Assembly: GCA_044892525.1 (NCBI GenBank)
Contig: CM097886.1
Span: forward strand, 34,410,001-34,474,000
Reading direction: 5' to 3'
From: Schmidtea polychroa
Taxonomy: Eukaryota
DNA: 64,000 bases
A model generated the notes under the pieces. That model worked only from the letters and a program-made list of their open reading frames with translations, was not told the DNA's origin and searched no databases. Made by a program: the position numbers and the translations under genes. Below, piece after piece: positions 43,400 through 57,000 of the stretch. Position 1 is the stretch's first letter, and each line of letters begins with the position of its first letter.

Positions 43400-44140
43400 A
43401 CAGCAAAGATCCGTATTGTCTCCAGTTTTGATGTAACTGCAAGGGGAAGAATATCAAGTAGTTCTGTTAAAAAATATGACAACTGAAATCAAACTAGGTA
43501 TTCTTAAATGTGAGAGTGGTTCTGCCGCGGCCATTCACAAGGAACTACATCAGCTAATTGATGAGATACGATGATTGGAAAAATATTTGCATGATAATCT
43601 GCGACACGGCGGCAGTAAATACTGGTCGTTTGCACGAGATAGTAAAGCTCATACAGGATGATGTCTTGAGCAAGGGCTTTCAGAAGCAACAATATATTGG
43701 CTGTCAGCACCATGTACTCGACCTCCTTCTGAAGTATGTCATGAATTTTCTTATTCAAGAGCCAACGAGCAGACCAGAACTCAACTATTCCTTCATTGAC
43801 AAATTAACAGAAAACTATGTCACTCTTCAGGCTGATTACCGCCTCATTGCGACAGATGATATTAACACAGGCGAGAACCCTGGATGGCAAGATGATTTTA
43901 AATTCTTATATGAACTATGTTAGGCATATCGTCATTACAAAGCAACTTCACATTGGCCTCGAATCAGCTCGAAAAAACTCCCAAATTTACACCAGGTAAG
44001 ATGGAACTCACGTGCGATATATGCTGTTTTAGAATTATTTCTTATACCAGAGTGGCGCTGCATACTCGCTCCAGCACGCAACTTCATCTACAACGAATGG
44101 GCAAATGCTTAGTTCCATTCGCAACATTACAATAAAGCGT
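43400..44140 (+). mobile_element. Fragmented hAT-like transposase
   Basis: MIICDTAAVNTGR, YIGCQHHVLDLLL (CxxH) and RWNSRAIYA in shifted frames. Confidence 0.65.
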
Positions 44141-44341
44141 CCTTCGATGAACTGTTTACCTCACTCAACAATATAAAATGCTCAATGATATATGAATATT
44201 CATATATGAAACAAAATTTACAAAATTTATAAAAATTACCAATTTATTCAGTATTTTCACAATCACTCTTATTTCAAGCATACTAATAATTATTAAATAT
44301 TCGGTCAAATTTTATTTAAATAGATTTCAAAATCCTGTCTA

Positions 44342-44706
44342 GTACTTCCGTGTTATCTTACCCCCAAAAATTAAATTATAAAATACAATTCAAATAACAA
44401 TATAAAAAATGAGAGAATACATTATTGATGACGTTATTGAACATTATTGAACATGAATTTATTAAGGCTTTCTGTGATTTATGTGATTATGTGAGTTTAT
44501 GTGGCGCAAACGTGTTCTAAGCAAATGTGCCGATGTGTTCGACACTACTCTCAACGACATTGTGGTTTTCTGGCCACCTGGATGACCATTTACAAACTCT
44601 TTACAAACATTTGCTGAGTTTGTAACTGTGATTTAGAAAATAAATATAATAATTATATGTGTTCTTTTTTAATTTAATTTTTGGGGGTAAGATAACACGG
44701 AAGTAC
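44342..44706. mobile_element. MITE with perfect 37-bp terminal inverted repeats
   Basis: GTACTTCCGTGTTATCTTACCCCCAAAAATTAAATTA at 44342 and its reverse complement ending at 44706. Confidence 0.8.
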
Positions 44707-45590
44707 CTCCTGCCGGTATTAATTTTCACTGCTATAGTAAATCGGAATACAAAGGAAATACCTAATTAATTTGGGAGTATTACAATTTTCAAATTAAATC
44801 TACAGAATAAAAAGATATTTTCAGGGTTTCCTTCGATATTTTTATTCACTTAAAATTCATGAAGTCTTAAAAATGATATAAAAATTGTGAATTAGGAAAT
44901 TCAAAAAGGGCAGGTTACAAAATGGCGGATTTCAAAACGATAGAATATAAAATAGCAACTGCGTTATTGGTCCCAATAAACATTAGGTCTCTCATTGATA
45001 TATAATTATATTTTGCTTCTGAATAGTTGAAAACAATTTTTGAACTTACTTTTTAAAATTTTAAATTAATTCTATTTTTAAAAAATCAAAAAAAAGATTA
45101 GAATTATGATTAATGGGATCCGGATAAAACACCGAAACAAAAAATAATAATAATAAAATGAATAACATATAAATAAAATTAAAGTAATAGTGATATAGTA
45201 AAAAATGTTTTTTCGAAGAAAGAAAACATTTAATAAATTTCAATTAACAATAAAATGTTTTAATAAACAAAACATTTTTGGTGTAATATGATAGAAAAAG
45301 TTTGAGCTCAAAATTTAAATTAGATCAAAATAAAAATTAATTAAGCGAAAATGTAAATATGCTTTTAATATATTTAGAAATTAATAAGAGTCAATCTTTT
45401 CAATTAATTAGAAAATGAATAAAGAACGCGAGATCAGGAAATTGTCAGTTTTAGTAATGGGTATCCACTTCATTTCAATTTTTTTCATAACAAATTCATT
45501 TCAAATAAAATATATCTTTAATTCTCTCGAATCAAAGAAAAATGTTCAATTAAAATAAAAACAGTTCAAATCAGAAAATAATGATTTGTT

Positions 45591-48500
45591 TTAAAATCCG
45601 ATGTTTGCTAAATCAACAACTTTGTTATCAGATTTTTGGGATTTTTTATTGGTAAAGTATTCTTTCAATTTTTTGAGTGAAATATTTTTTGCCAAAATCG
45701 TATCATAAAACAAAGTCCCTGCTACGGAACCTAAAATAGGACCAACGTAGTAGATCTAAAAAATAAAAATAATACATAAAACTTTTATATTTTGATTAAA
45801 TTAAAACAAATAATATTTCAGCAAAAATAATAAATTCTTTAAAAATATCAAAGTAAATTTATTAAGTTTGTAAAACCTTCAAAAGTATTTTATTTGAGTG
45901 GTTGAATAAATTTGTTATAGCTGCAGGAGGATGATGTCTAATATAAATTTATACAAAATTACTTCGGTAATGTCATCCAAATAAATACATACATTTTAAA
46001 TAATTTTCACGCCATTTACTATGTCAATTTATTTCAAGATAATGAATTTTCTAAGAGTTCATTAAAATTTATAACTTCAAAATTATTTTTACTAAAAATA
46101 ACAATATTTAAAACCATCTTTAAAAATTTGTTTGCTGGAAAATACACCACATTTTCATTTAATTTTTATTTTAATTATTCCAAATGGCTAACTTTTTATT
46201 TTATATTGGTAATAATTTTTTCACTTTTCTATTCTGATATTGTTTTTTCTATAATTAAAAACAAATTTGAAGATATTCCCTCAAAATATTGTCTATTATA
46301 TACAATAGTATCTCCACTTTTAATTATGTTTAAATTAATTATATATAATAATAATTATTTAATAATTATTTAAAACTATTGAAAAAACAGGAAAAGAAAT
46401 ACGCTATTTCCAAAAAATTAGAGTGATGGATAGTACATACACTCGCGAACCTAACTATCCCATTCTTCAGAGTTCTCCGATAGCGATGCTAGGACCATGT
46501 CCTTAAATTCTTGTGCATACTTATAATATTGAAGCTTGTTGGGTTACTGCCAAGAAAATGTTTAAAGTAATTAATGGTACAGCAAGAAAACATTTACAAA
46601 GCTATCTTGAAGGGTATATGTGTAGATATTTGTATACATAACATGTGTTAGGTACTCGTGCTTTTAACAATAACAAAGATTTTAGAAACAATGAACACTA
46701 CAAAAACCTTAGATTGATGTGCTGCGTATTTGAGCTGCCATAATTCATGTTTTGTGACTTGTTTTCCATGAAGCAATTTACAGATAATCGACAGTAAAAA
46801 GATGAGCACCACGCTGAGCCTCACCCGCGGTCGCTATCTATGTTAGGACTACCTTCAGACATGCACACTTTAAAATAAATAAAATAAAATTAATATTTAT
46901 TAAGGAATTAAAATTACAAAACAAAACCTATTTGTTCAATAATTGCTGTAAGCACGGCCGACCCAAGGGGCAGGCAGTACAGTGGATTGCGTGGGGTGCT
47001 AGATCTTTTGGGGCGATGTGATACCAAATAAAGACGCAATATTCACTGAAAATTATCTAACAATATTGTTAAAAAACAATATTATTTGCCGCACTGATGC
47101 GCTGACATAAGCGATTAGCAGTAAAACAATAAAAACATGCATACATTATTTTTATTTGATGCGAATAATTATTAAAATTATATAACTATTATGTACATAT
47201 AATTAAGAAGATTAAAAACGCATTGAACATGGCGATGGTTGATGGTTTTTTCAATAAATTATTATTATTTAAACCGCTCGATGGTTCATCATCATGGTAT
47301 TTTAGGTGGATGAACGATCGTGCTGTCGAACCATAAAATGTCGAACAATCGAAATTTATTTGTATCACCTACTTGTTAACAGAACTGTAATAAACGCTTA
47401 AAAATTAGAGAAATTTGAGCGCAATTTTAAGTCAATGATCACAAAACAATGAAATTTTTCAAAACATCGAAGTTACCAATATGGAAATATAATATATTGC
47501 ATATAACCATCAATTGTTTCTTTACTTAAGGATTAATTTATTCAGTATAATCATAAAGGCAAAGTATTTTGAGGGCCATATAATGATGGAACGGACCATA
47601 ATACGAACTGGTACCAAAATATGCTGGATAAATAATAAGTTTATTCTAGCACGAATTTAAATCTGGAAATAAGTAAGATATATTTATTTCATCTTTTGTG
47701 AGGTTTCCAAAGTCAAACTAAGTTAAGAATTTAACGAATATTCATTCAAAATTGCAAAACAAATTTGTTCTTAAATTTCAATGGAAAAGGTTTTTTCTGT
47801 GTTTTCTTTAAAACATATATTTTTATATTATAAGAATTGTTTTTCAAATTCCACCACTGAATTCTTTTCCATNNNNNNNNNNNNNNNNNNNNNNNNNNNN
47901 NNNNNNNNNNNNNNNNNNNNNNNNNNNNNNNNNNNNNNNNNNNNNNNNNNNNNNNNNNNNNNNNNNNNNNNNNNNNNNNNNNNNNNNNNNNNNNNNNNNN
48001 NNNNNNNNNNNNNNNATAATATTACTTACCCATATATGATTTGTCTTTTTGTAGTAAATAGCTGGACCAAAACTTCGAGCTGGATTCATGCTTGCACCTG
48101 AAATTTCCTTCTAAAATATAAATAAAATGTTCTTATTAAATTTAATACTACTTACAAATCCAATATGAAAAACAAAAACAGTAACACCAACAGCAACTCC
48201 TAGCATAACCCCGTTGTAAATTTCACTGTTTAAATTATTTTTAACAGTGAAAATAATCAAAACCAGAATAAAAGTCAAAATTCCTTCTATTAAAACGGCA
48301 CATGAATTGGCTATATTAGGCTCATTCACCGTATTATCAAAAGAATGGTTAGTTAGAACATTAATTAAAATTGTTCCAGAAATTGAGCCACAATGTTGAG
48401 CCATGACATAGAAAATGAAACGAATCAAATGAATCCTGTGGCTAATAAAATGAGCCATAGAAATAGCAGGATTTAAATGACATCCTCCCCTTTCACTAAA

Positions 48501-48683
48501 AACTGTTATCAATCCGATTAAAATTAAACCAAAAGTTGAGCCTGCATTGAAAGATTCATGGCTATTCATAAAAGTGGAACTTCCAATAAATAACAAAAGG
48601 AAAGTTCCTAGGAATTCAGCGAAAACATCTACATAAAGCACTGGATCTTTAATTTCATTTAAAATATTTGTAAAAGTTCCCAT
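45591..48683 (-). CDS. Aquaporin / major intrinsic protein (about 257 aa)
   Basis: Exons 48683-48156, 48110-48030 and 45755-45591 join in phase. AEFLGTF, GGCHLNPAIS, GASMNPARSFGPA and YVGPILG motifs. Confidence 0.9.
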
Positions 48684-51091
48684 TTTATCAGTAATAAAAA
48701 CACGAAATTCAAAATTTGTATATCAAAAAATCCTATTCTACATTTGATTTGTCGCGCAATATCCTCTAATCAAATTTCAATTAATTGAAAACTCAATTAT
48801 AGTGTTGTTTTCTGTCTGTGAAGTGTTTTCGGCAGAGTTAAATATTTCGGATGATTTTTCGGAATAGTTTAAAATGAATTTAAGTCAAAAATAATTAAAA
48901 TTAAAAATTAGTTTTTTAATTAAAACTAGTTAAAAGAATTTATTATTATTATTCTTTTTAAATTTTAAATTCTTTGAATAAATATTTTAAAGTGAGTTGT
49001 TAGAATGATTTAAATTTAAGTCGTAAATAATTAAGAATAAAAATAAGTTTTTAATTGTAAAATATAACTTTAAATAAAAAATTAATTTGATTTAATTGTT
49101 AATATTAAATTCTTCTGATAAATTGTTTTGAGATTGTCTAAATATTAAACAATATTGTGATGATTAATACAATTTGGAATAAGAGTTTAATTACTGAAAA
49201 TATTTTTCAAAGCAATTTAGAAAATGTTCTAGTGACATCTAACACTGTCAGTAGATCAATATTTTTTATTTATTTAACAGGAATTTTTTTAATTTATTGA
49301 TCTAAATTTATTTTTAGTTCAATTATTAAATTGATAAAAATGCTAGTCAGGAACACTACATATTTTGTTTTCATATCAAAATTTACTTTCTTGTAATTAT
49401 AAAAATTGTCATTTGAAAATAACAGAAAAAATACAAAGGTTTTCGAAATAAAGTAATTTGTAAATAATATGTAAATTTTTCTGTGTAATTTTGTGTAATA
49501 TTTTCGAGTGTAATTCTGTCATTATACCTGTTGGGTTTTTTATTTGAAGTCGGTTCTTTCTCTGACTCCTCGTGTTCTTATTCAGCCAAATAACTCAAGC
49601 CCAACACAGAATAATTCTTATTTAATCTTTATCACAATTACACTTTGTCACTATTTGCACCCTTCTCTCTAGATAATCTTCACTCGATAAGGTAGAAAAC
49701 CCAATGGGCAATCACCTAATCGAAGCAGATAAAAGTTAAAAGGCTTTTCAAAATAATCACCAATATGGAAACAACAAATGGAGAATGATAAGTTCGCAAA
49801 CTGTGTAAGTAAGATCAAATAAGTATCTGAAATATGAAACATTTCTGCGCCCGGGAACTGAAGCAAGAAAGTGCAATGTACTTAGCCGAACCACCAGAAA
49901 ATCAAATCCAGCAACGTTCATATTTAGTATTTCGACAGCAGATGTCAATCACACATACCCTGAGGAAATCATTGAATTTCAACATAGCCAATTCAACTGC
50001 AACTCTTTAGAACAACAGTGCTATCATCGTTTTGGTATCACCAAATTGTAGTGAATTCTGTTGTTACTGAGAAACCTCTTGAAATACCCATGCCATTTTT
50101 ACAATGTATTTTTGCGAGCAATCCTTTTTGCAGAAGATATACATAAAATGAAAAAAGGAACAGACTTTGTTGCAAAAATGATATAAGAGATGCATTTACC
50201 AAGGTGAAAACGCGGATTTTGTAACCTTTCTCTGGAAAGCAATAGCAAATGTTTTTTTTGTTTGTTATAAATATTCATTGAATTATGTTTTTGTTTTATA
50301 TGATATTCATATTTTGTTGGTTTTGTTTTTTGAGCACAGTAATTTTTGTGAAACTGATGCATGGCTCATTTTCGGTGCTAATAAAGTATTTACCTATGTT
50401 TTGTATTTGAAAAAATCATATTTTACTTTTCCAATTACGGAGAGTTCGTTGAATGCACTTGTGAAATTTCCAGGATTCATTACCTTCAATAAGGTTAAGA
50501 ACCACTGCTTTAGATTCAATGGTTATAAAAATAATTTTTTTCCTGTGCAAAATTTCCAACTTTAAATTACATTTCGAAAATTAATAGCGTTAGTTGATAA
50601 ATGCCTTGAAAGTGGTCCATTTAATTATTGTTTTCTCAACATGGTTTTATTCTTTTTTCTTTCTCATTTGCAAACGGACATTGACTCCTAGTTACACAAG
50701 GGCATGGATAATACATAAGTTCCTACTATAGTAACTAAGAAAAAGTATGTATTACTTGATAAACATGACAATGATTTAATTATTAAAAAACGATTATAAA
50801 ACATACATTTTACGATATATTTCGACAGTTTTCATGTTATCATTTGGTAGAAGGGGGAAAAATATAGATAAATATATAAATTTTTAAAAATTATTAGTGT
50901 TCATTAAATCTAGAATATCTTTAGATTTCTCTATCTACTTGAGCCCAAAAAGTATATTAAATAAACATGTTATTTTTAATAGTAAACAATTAAGATCATG
51001 GCATTTATTTAAAGTTTCCAAGCATATTAGTCTAACATAAATACAGAAAAATTATACAAATTATACTTTAAACTATCATAGTAAATGAAAT

Positions 51092-54000
51092 TCAAGTTCC
51101 TTTTCTTGGTTCCATAATTATTTCCGTATCTATGACACCCTTTTTATCATTGTGATCTTTGTAAACGTAATCTTTTGGAGTTTTTAACCACGCAATGACA
51201 TACAGAATACATGCTAAATAAAATAAAAGCTAACAATTATTTTCAATTAAACATACTATTTGTAAGATGTATTTATAAATATTAATATATTCGGATATTT
51301 GTGGTATGTTGAAATTGTATAATTACATTGCTCGAAATACTATTTATATTAAATTAAATTCTCCACATATATTATATCGGAAAAACAATTTATGAATAAA
51401 GGTAAATCTTATTCTAATATAGCGCTACCATGCCGATGCTGCAATTTATTCGACCGCCTGAAACATTTGAATTTTGCAATGACATGGAAATATTTATTGA
51501 AGATAGATTTGTTAGTAATTTTATTACCAAGACTTCTAATATTTTATAAATAAAAATGAACTGAAGGTCGATCATTCCTCTCCTACGAGCCGTTAGTAAA
51601 TTATCCGGCTGTTAATCTTAATCAAATAGTTTTTTCATCATCAAACCATACATTATGCAAACATATTCAATAATCTTATATGTAATAGAATATGGATTCG
51701 CCTTACAAAACATAAAAATTTCACAGTGTTGCACAAATTAAATTGTACAAATGATTTCAATATGTAATTTTAGTTTTCTGGACAACCTTAGAAGTAAAGA
51801 TTACTTTATGCGGCCGTTTGTTAAAAATCTTTCAGCTAATCGCTGATTATAACACTTAATTTACCAAATATATGTGTGTATATCAGAGATTAATTATATT
51901 GAAATAAAATTTTACCATAACTTTTACTTTTATTCGACAACATTTTTTGTATTAATGTTATCTGAAAATTAACTTTGTTTTGAAATGACTATTTATCTTT
52001 GTAGATTTAATATTTCAAAAATAAATTTGTTTAAATAATGGCTTAAATTAATCGATTTATAAATTTGATGAGAATTGATATTTAATAATTATGTTGGGTT
52101 TTTGCTAATTCAAGTCGGTAACCTCTGACTCCTCCTGTCCTTTTAATCAAAACAATAAACTACCCAACGTATATTTGAATCGCAACAATATTTTTCTCAC
52201 CAATAAATAATCAATAACCAAAATTCAAGTTTGACCGATTCTCCGCTCGGTGTTGATGAGTTGACAAAAGATAATATTCACCTTTTTATTTCTTAGTTTC
52301 TCTTGACCAATGTTTTCCTTTTCAATTTGATTTGATTCCTTTCCACTTTTTACGCATCTCCTATTCTATATTTTCTTTTTCCCTATTCTCCTTAATTCGT
52401 CTTTTCCTTTTCCTAAATAATTTTCTTCTAACACTAGCTGAGGCAAAATGCCGATTATTTTGAATTTCTACTTTGCTTTTATACTGGAATAATCGGCTTT
52501 TGACCTGATTGCTCCTATCTGACAATGGTTTGGCAACCGGTTCCTTGAACGTTGTTTGAACGATATCATGATTAATTGGCTCCATTTGATACTCCTTCGT
52601 AATAGTCCAAAACTTTGTTTGTCTCCATTAATCATGATGTCATGATAATGGCCTTCCGAGATTCTCATTTTGTTTACTTTTCATGCTAATCGAGCAAGGG
52701 TTTCCTTCATCTCTTGGGTTCTCCATTGGCTCGGGTTTCCATTAGCTCGGGTTTTCTATTAGCCAATTAATTAATTAATGATTTTCAGTTTTAACATATT
52801 CAAATGCTTTTCGACCAATTTCTAACAATTTCCTGATCTTGTTCACCATTAGCTCATCTATACTTGTCCCGTTTTCCAATTCAATTTCGATAACTTTACA
52901 ATTTATTGATTTTTTCGGATTTCCAGATTCTCGCCTTTTGCAACTGCTTTTTGCCATTTCCTAATACTGCTTCCATCATACTTTCCTTTACTATCAATTC
53001 TGTGCATGATTACGCTTTTATTTGTCTTTTTCCTTCAACCTACATTTTATTTAAATTTTCAACCTAAATTTATTTTAATTTACTGACCTCAAGTAAGATC
53101 TTAGTAAATCTTAGAGGATAAAATATGCTTAAGAACTTATTGAAAAACAAAGATGTTATTGCTTTTTTAATTTGAAAAATTTTAGAATAAAAATATCGCA
53201 CAAGCAAAATTTTTAAATTAATTATTTCATTCCTGATAGTTAAAACAATAAAATCAGATATGATAATACCTGGTATTTGAAGAACAAATGCAACACTCAA
53301 TATAAGGTGCCTCATTTTATTATTATCATATATCAAGCAATGTGATTTTCCTCCAAACCTATTCGTATTTCTTCGCAAGCACGCTGTATCAAGGACCATA
53401 CCAGCCAATGGAGGCAAAACAAGTCCTAAAAACGATTAAAATATATTTAAAAAAATTATTTGTCTATACCACAAATTCCAAATAGAAAACTGATTATGGA
53501 CAAATTAACAGCTTTTGTCTTAGGATTTGTTAACCTAATGAATGTATTATATAAATTTCTTTTTCAAACTCATTTTTTAAATTTTTTAATTAAATTGAAA
53601 ATAACATTGATTTGATTAATTTTTAAATAAATTATAAAAAATTTAAGAAAATTATATTCATATTTTTTTGGTTTAAATCAGATTTACCAAAAGAAAAGTT
53701 GTNNNNNNNNNNNNNNNNNNNNNNNNNNNNNNNNNNNNNNNNNNNNNNNNNNNNNNNNNNNNNNNNNNNNNNNNNNNNNNNNNNNNNNNNNNNNNNNNNN
53801 NNNNNNNNNNNNNNNNNNNNNNNNNNNNNNNNNNNNNNNNNNNNNNNNNNGTGTTTGATTTTACACGATCCCTTCTTTTCTAAGGTTTTATTTTGTCGTA
53901 ACAATTTTTCGTAATTTTTTTCTTGTTACATTCGCAACTAGTGTTATGAGGAATTCCTCAAATCATATAACTGTGGTTAACTTTGTTTTATTAAATTAAC

Positions 54001-57000
54001 TTTGGTTTGGTTTTTACACGAAATATTTTAAGACGTATTGTATCTATCAGGTAAAAAACAGAATTTGGTGTATACATTCATTAATAAGTAAATTTTAGCA
54101 GGTTTAATTAACAATCTTGTAAAAACAAGTTTTAATCTTGATTGATTGCAAATAAATTTTTAACACAAATTAAAAAAGGCTAGAATTGCTTTAATATAAA
54201 TATATGATATTTTAAATTTGTTACTATTTTGATTTAGTATTGTTTAAAAAAAGATTTGGCTAATCGTTTCAAGAAGTATGGAAGTTATCGAGAAGGTCTT
54301 GTTACCAGTCCAAATTTAGACGTTGCCATATTAAAAAGAATAAATATTAATCAAAATAATTTATGAAGCCATTTAATTTATATATAAAGATGCAAAAACA
54401 CTNNNNNNNNNNNNNNNNNNNNNNNNNNNNNNNNNNNNNNNNNNNNNNNNNNNNNNNNNNNNNNNNNNNNNNNNNNNNNNNNNNNNNNNNNNNNNNNNNN
54501 NNNNNNNNNNNNNNNNNNNNNNNNNNNNNNNNNNNNNNNNNNNNNNNNNNNNNNNNNNNNNNNNNNNNNNNNNNNNNNNNNNNNNNNNNNNNNNNNNNNN
54601 NNNNNNNNNNNATAAACAAATTATAAAATGATCCACCTCATCAATACTTGTGTTATTTGTACAGAGGCAATGGATCCAACGATTCTGATCACAACGAAAG
54701 CCACCAAAAATCCGTAAACTGATACGCACATTTTTTCACAAAATCCTTTTGTCGCAAATAAGGAATTTTGACAACCACAATTTCCATAGAACTAAATAAT
54801 ATTATAAATAAATAATTATAAAGGTTTACGCTTTCGTTCAGTTGTTTCGTACAACCAGCAATACAAGGTGAAAAGTAAGTAGACGAATTAAAACAAACGG
54901 GCTCCAGTTTAGTAATTTGACAATTACATTTATCCGAACACATTGAGAACCTATAAAATATTTTTGTTATATATTTTTGACAATCAAAAGCTAAATGTAT
55001 TTTAACCCAATTTATCCTAGTGTGACCAATTGGTTAGTCAAATAAAACATAAAAAGTACACCTTCTTGAAATGTGCCCAATTAACATCCCTTACAGGTCA
55101 AACCCTTAAAGTTATCTTTTAAATAATCAGCAACCGTTACTTCTAGAAACTCTTTAAGTAAAATAAAAATTTTTCACTAAAATTAAAAAATCCATACATT
55201 TTAACAAAAATATATTTGATACAAAACATGTTAACGTTTTGTTAATTACTGTTACTGTAATTCCCAAATAAGGATTAGTATATTTTACTGTTCTAATTTT
55301 AAAAGTTAAGTGCAAAAAATATATTAATATTAAAAATCTTGAAGGTAATCGGTTGACAAAATGGGATGTTTCTTATGACTATTAATCAAAGTGTTTATCC
55401 CTATTGTTCTACTTACACGGACACTTTAGTTGAAATTTAATTATTAATCCTTTAATAGTCACAATCTGCTAATTCACAAATCATTAGCCACAATAGATTT
55501 AGCATTCATGTAAGCTACCCTCTGATAAGCATCTGTTTGAATATCCGTACTTTTTCCTTAATTAACTCTCTTTTGATATTTACAGACAAATACTACGCAT
55601 TTTTAATTTTTTCGACGCACAAATGAAGAGTTAGGATCATATTTCCGTCACCAAAACAGATAATCATAAACTTTTTCCAATTTAAATGAATAACTTTTTA
55701 ATGACTTTGGTTTAATTTTCACAAGACATTTTTTGGTTTTTAATCTTGCGTAATTTTTCTCCGTGACTAGAATGTGAATTGCCGGATATTTTCATTTTTT
55801 CTCGAATTTCGTGTAAGAATTTTAATCGCCTTTAATCCTAAACATACCAATTTTTGATCCTTGAATTGCTAAAAATAATTTTTATTTCTTTATTTTGTGA
55901 TGAATGATAGATAAAATATATTTTAATTAATTAGTTTGTATGTTAACATATTTATCTCCTAGGGACTTTCCTTTGATTCTAAAACCATTTATATGCATTT
56001 ATATTTTCAATCGTCATTGGTTTACAATTTAATTAATTACTTTATGATTAATTTTTATTGATTCACGACAGCTTTCATGTGCCCTTTTAATTTCTGATAA
56101 TTTCTTTTAATCCAATATATTAACACCCCAAATAATATATAAAAAATTTATACTATGATGTTTTATCCGGACCAGAAGAATGAATTTACTGAAATTAATC
56201 TTTTTTTATTGGGAATACACAATGAAAACTTTAACCAATAAGAAAATGGATTACGCAAATATGTGGATTAAACCAATCCGAAATTAGTTGGCTTTACCGT
56301 ATTTACATAAAATATGATTAGTTTTGCATTCTAATTAAAGTTTCCCAACCCTTTCTTCCAATTTTAATATTTTGCAAACTATGATGCATTGCTTTTATGA
56401 AAAGTTTAACAATAAATAGCTATAACTCACTTTGATTGTTCGGACAATCCACTTATTTCAGTCGATGGACAAGTGAAAACAAATAAAATGGGAAACATTA
56501 ATGCTGCAATAACATTTACTATTGCATGATATCTATTCATCTTTCTCATTGTTGTTTTGTACAAATGTGATGTGATTCCACTGGTACTTGAACTAATAAC
56601 ACTTGATCCAGATAAACAAATTGCTTTAAGAAATATCAAGTATGTTTTAAATAATAAATAATTCTTACCACTCATAACGTTTGTCATACTCGTTGACACT
56701 CGAAAATGATATTCGAGATATTTTGTAAAGAATGTCAATAAACAAACAAAACTTATTATTTCAAAGATCGTTCCAGCTATTAAGCTTGAAAATATTACAT
56801 TTTTAAACGCATACCTTATAATCCGAAACATTTCTAAAAATAAAAGACTCCAAAACAAAATAACTGCAATAGCATTAAACTTAAATTATATTCTGTTTTC
56901 CAAAGTGATATTCAATACGATTTCTAATGACAGACTAGTTTAGAACTTATTTGATTATTATAGGTACAATGTTAGAAACTCTATCTAAAACAGAGACTTG

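Noticed and set aside
46550-46630. Merlin/ISXO2-like motif GTARKHLQSYLEGYMCR
   Set aside because: Single short motif without TIRs or the rest of the domain.
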